DNA of 41,827 nucleotides from Candidatus Bathyarchaeota archaeon (GTDB taxonomy: Archaea; Thermoproteota; Bathyarchaeia; 40CM-2-53-6; CALIRQ01), in assembly GCA_028275385.1 (NCBI GenBank), contig JAPWUR010000002.1, forward strand, positions 1 through 41,827, written 5' to 3'. Both the position numbers and the translations under genes were made by a program. Shown piece by piece: positions 41,779 through 41,827 of the stretch (within the stretch, counting starts at the first letter, position 1; each line of letters starts with the position of its first letter). The notes beneath the pieces were generated by a model that was not told the DNA's origin, made no database searches, and saw only the letters and a list, made by a program, of their open reading frames with translations.

Positions 41779-41827
41779 CTTGCGGTGCCGGGCCGGGCCC
41801 GCCCGGGGTGATCGGATAATGGCGGGC

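Noticed and set aside
1-41827. CRISPR arrays, rRNA genes, transposases, integrases or IS-type terminal repeats.
   Set aside because: Reading both strands, I found no regularly spaced direct repeats, no rRNA-like conserved segments, and no ORF with recombinase or transposase motifs.

Overview
Compact, GC-rich (roughly 60% by eye) archaeal chromosomal segment with almost no non-coding space. Coding uses AGG/ATA codons heavily. AT-rich TATA-like boxes sit about 25-40 nt upstream of many starts, so transcripts look leaderless or short-leadered, and GTG/TTG starts are frequent. I support 44 protein-coding genes and 5 tRNA genes. Three introns are present: one in tRNA-Gly(GCC) and two in tRNA-Ser(CGA). 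No rRNA, CRISPR array, transposase or integrase was seen. Most of the content is housekeeping. Recognised genes: a NurA-like/HerA-like pair, ELP3, GatD/GatE, NAC, NAPRTase, TtuA-like thiolase, archease-RtcB, HisC, MobB. Also a Nudix-Clp1 operon, RadB, CDP-archaeol synthase, GcvT, a PhoU-type regulator, the PolD small subunit, an APC permease and Alba. A roughly 9-kb alpha-glucan (glycogen-type) island covers the right end. PolD together with RadB, GatDE and Alba points to a thermophilic archaeon outside the PolD-lacking Crenarchaeota; I cannot name the organism. I did not find a clear-cut novel multi-gene system. The most interesting items are: (i) a small membrane protein resembling eukaryotic OSTC/DC2; (ii) a PAC4-like small protein coupled to Clp1; (iii) an uncharacterised domain present both free-standing and fused to the GH57 enzyme in the glycogen island. 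Then: (iv) a stand-alone NurA/HerA-like module; (v) a doubly interrupted tRNA-Ser; (vi) three unexplained non-coding blocks. tRNA and motif coordinates were read by eye and may be off by 1-2 nt. All family assignments come from motif recognition, not from searches.
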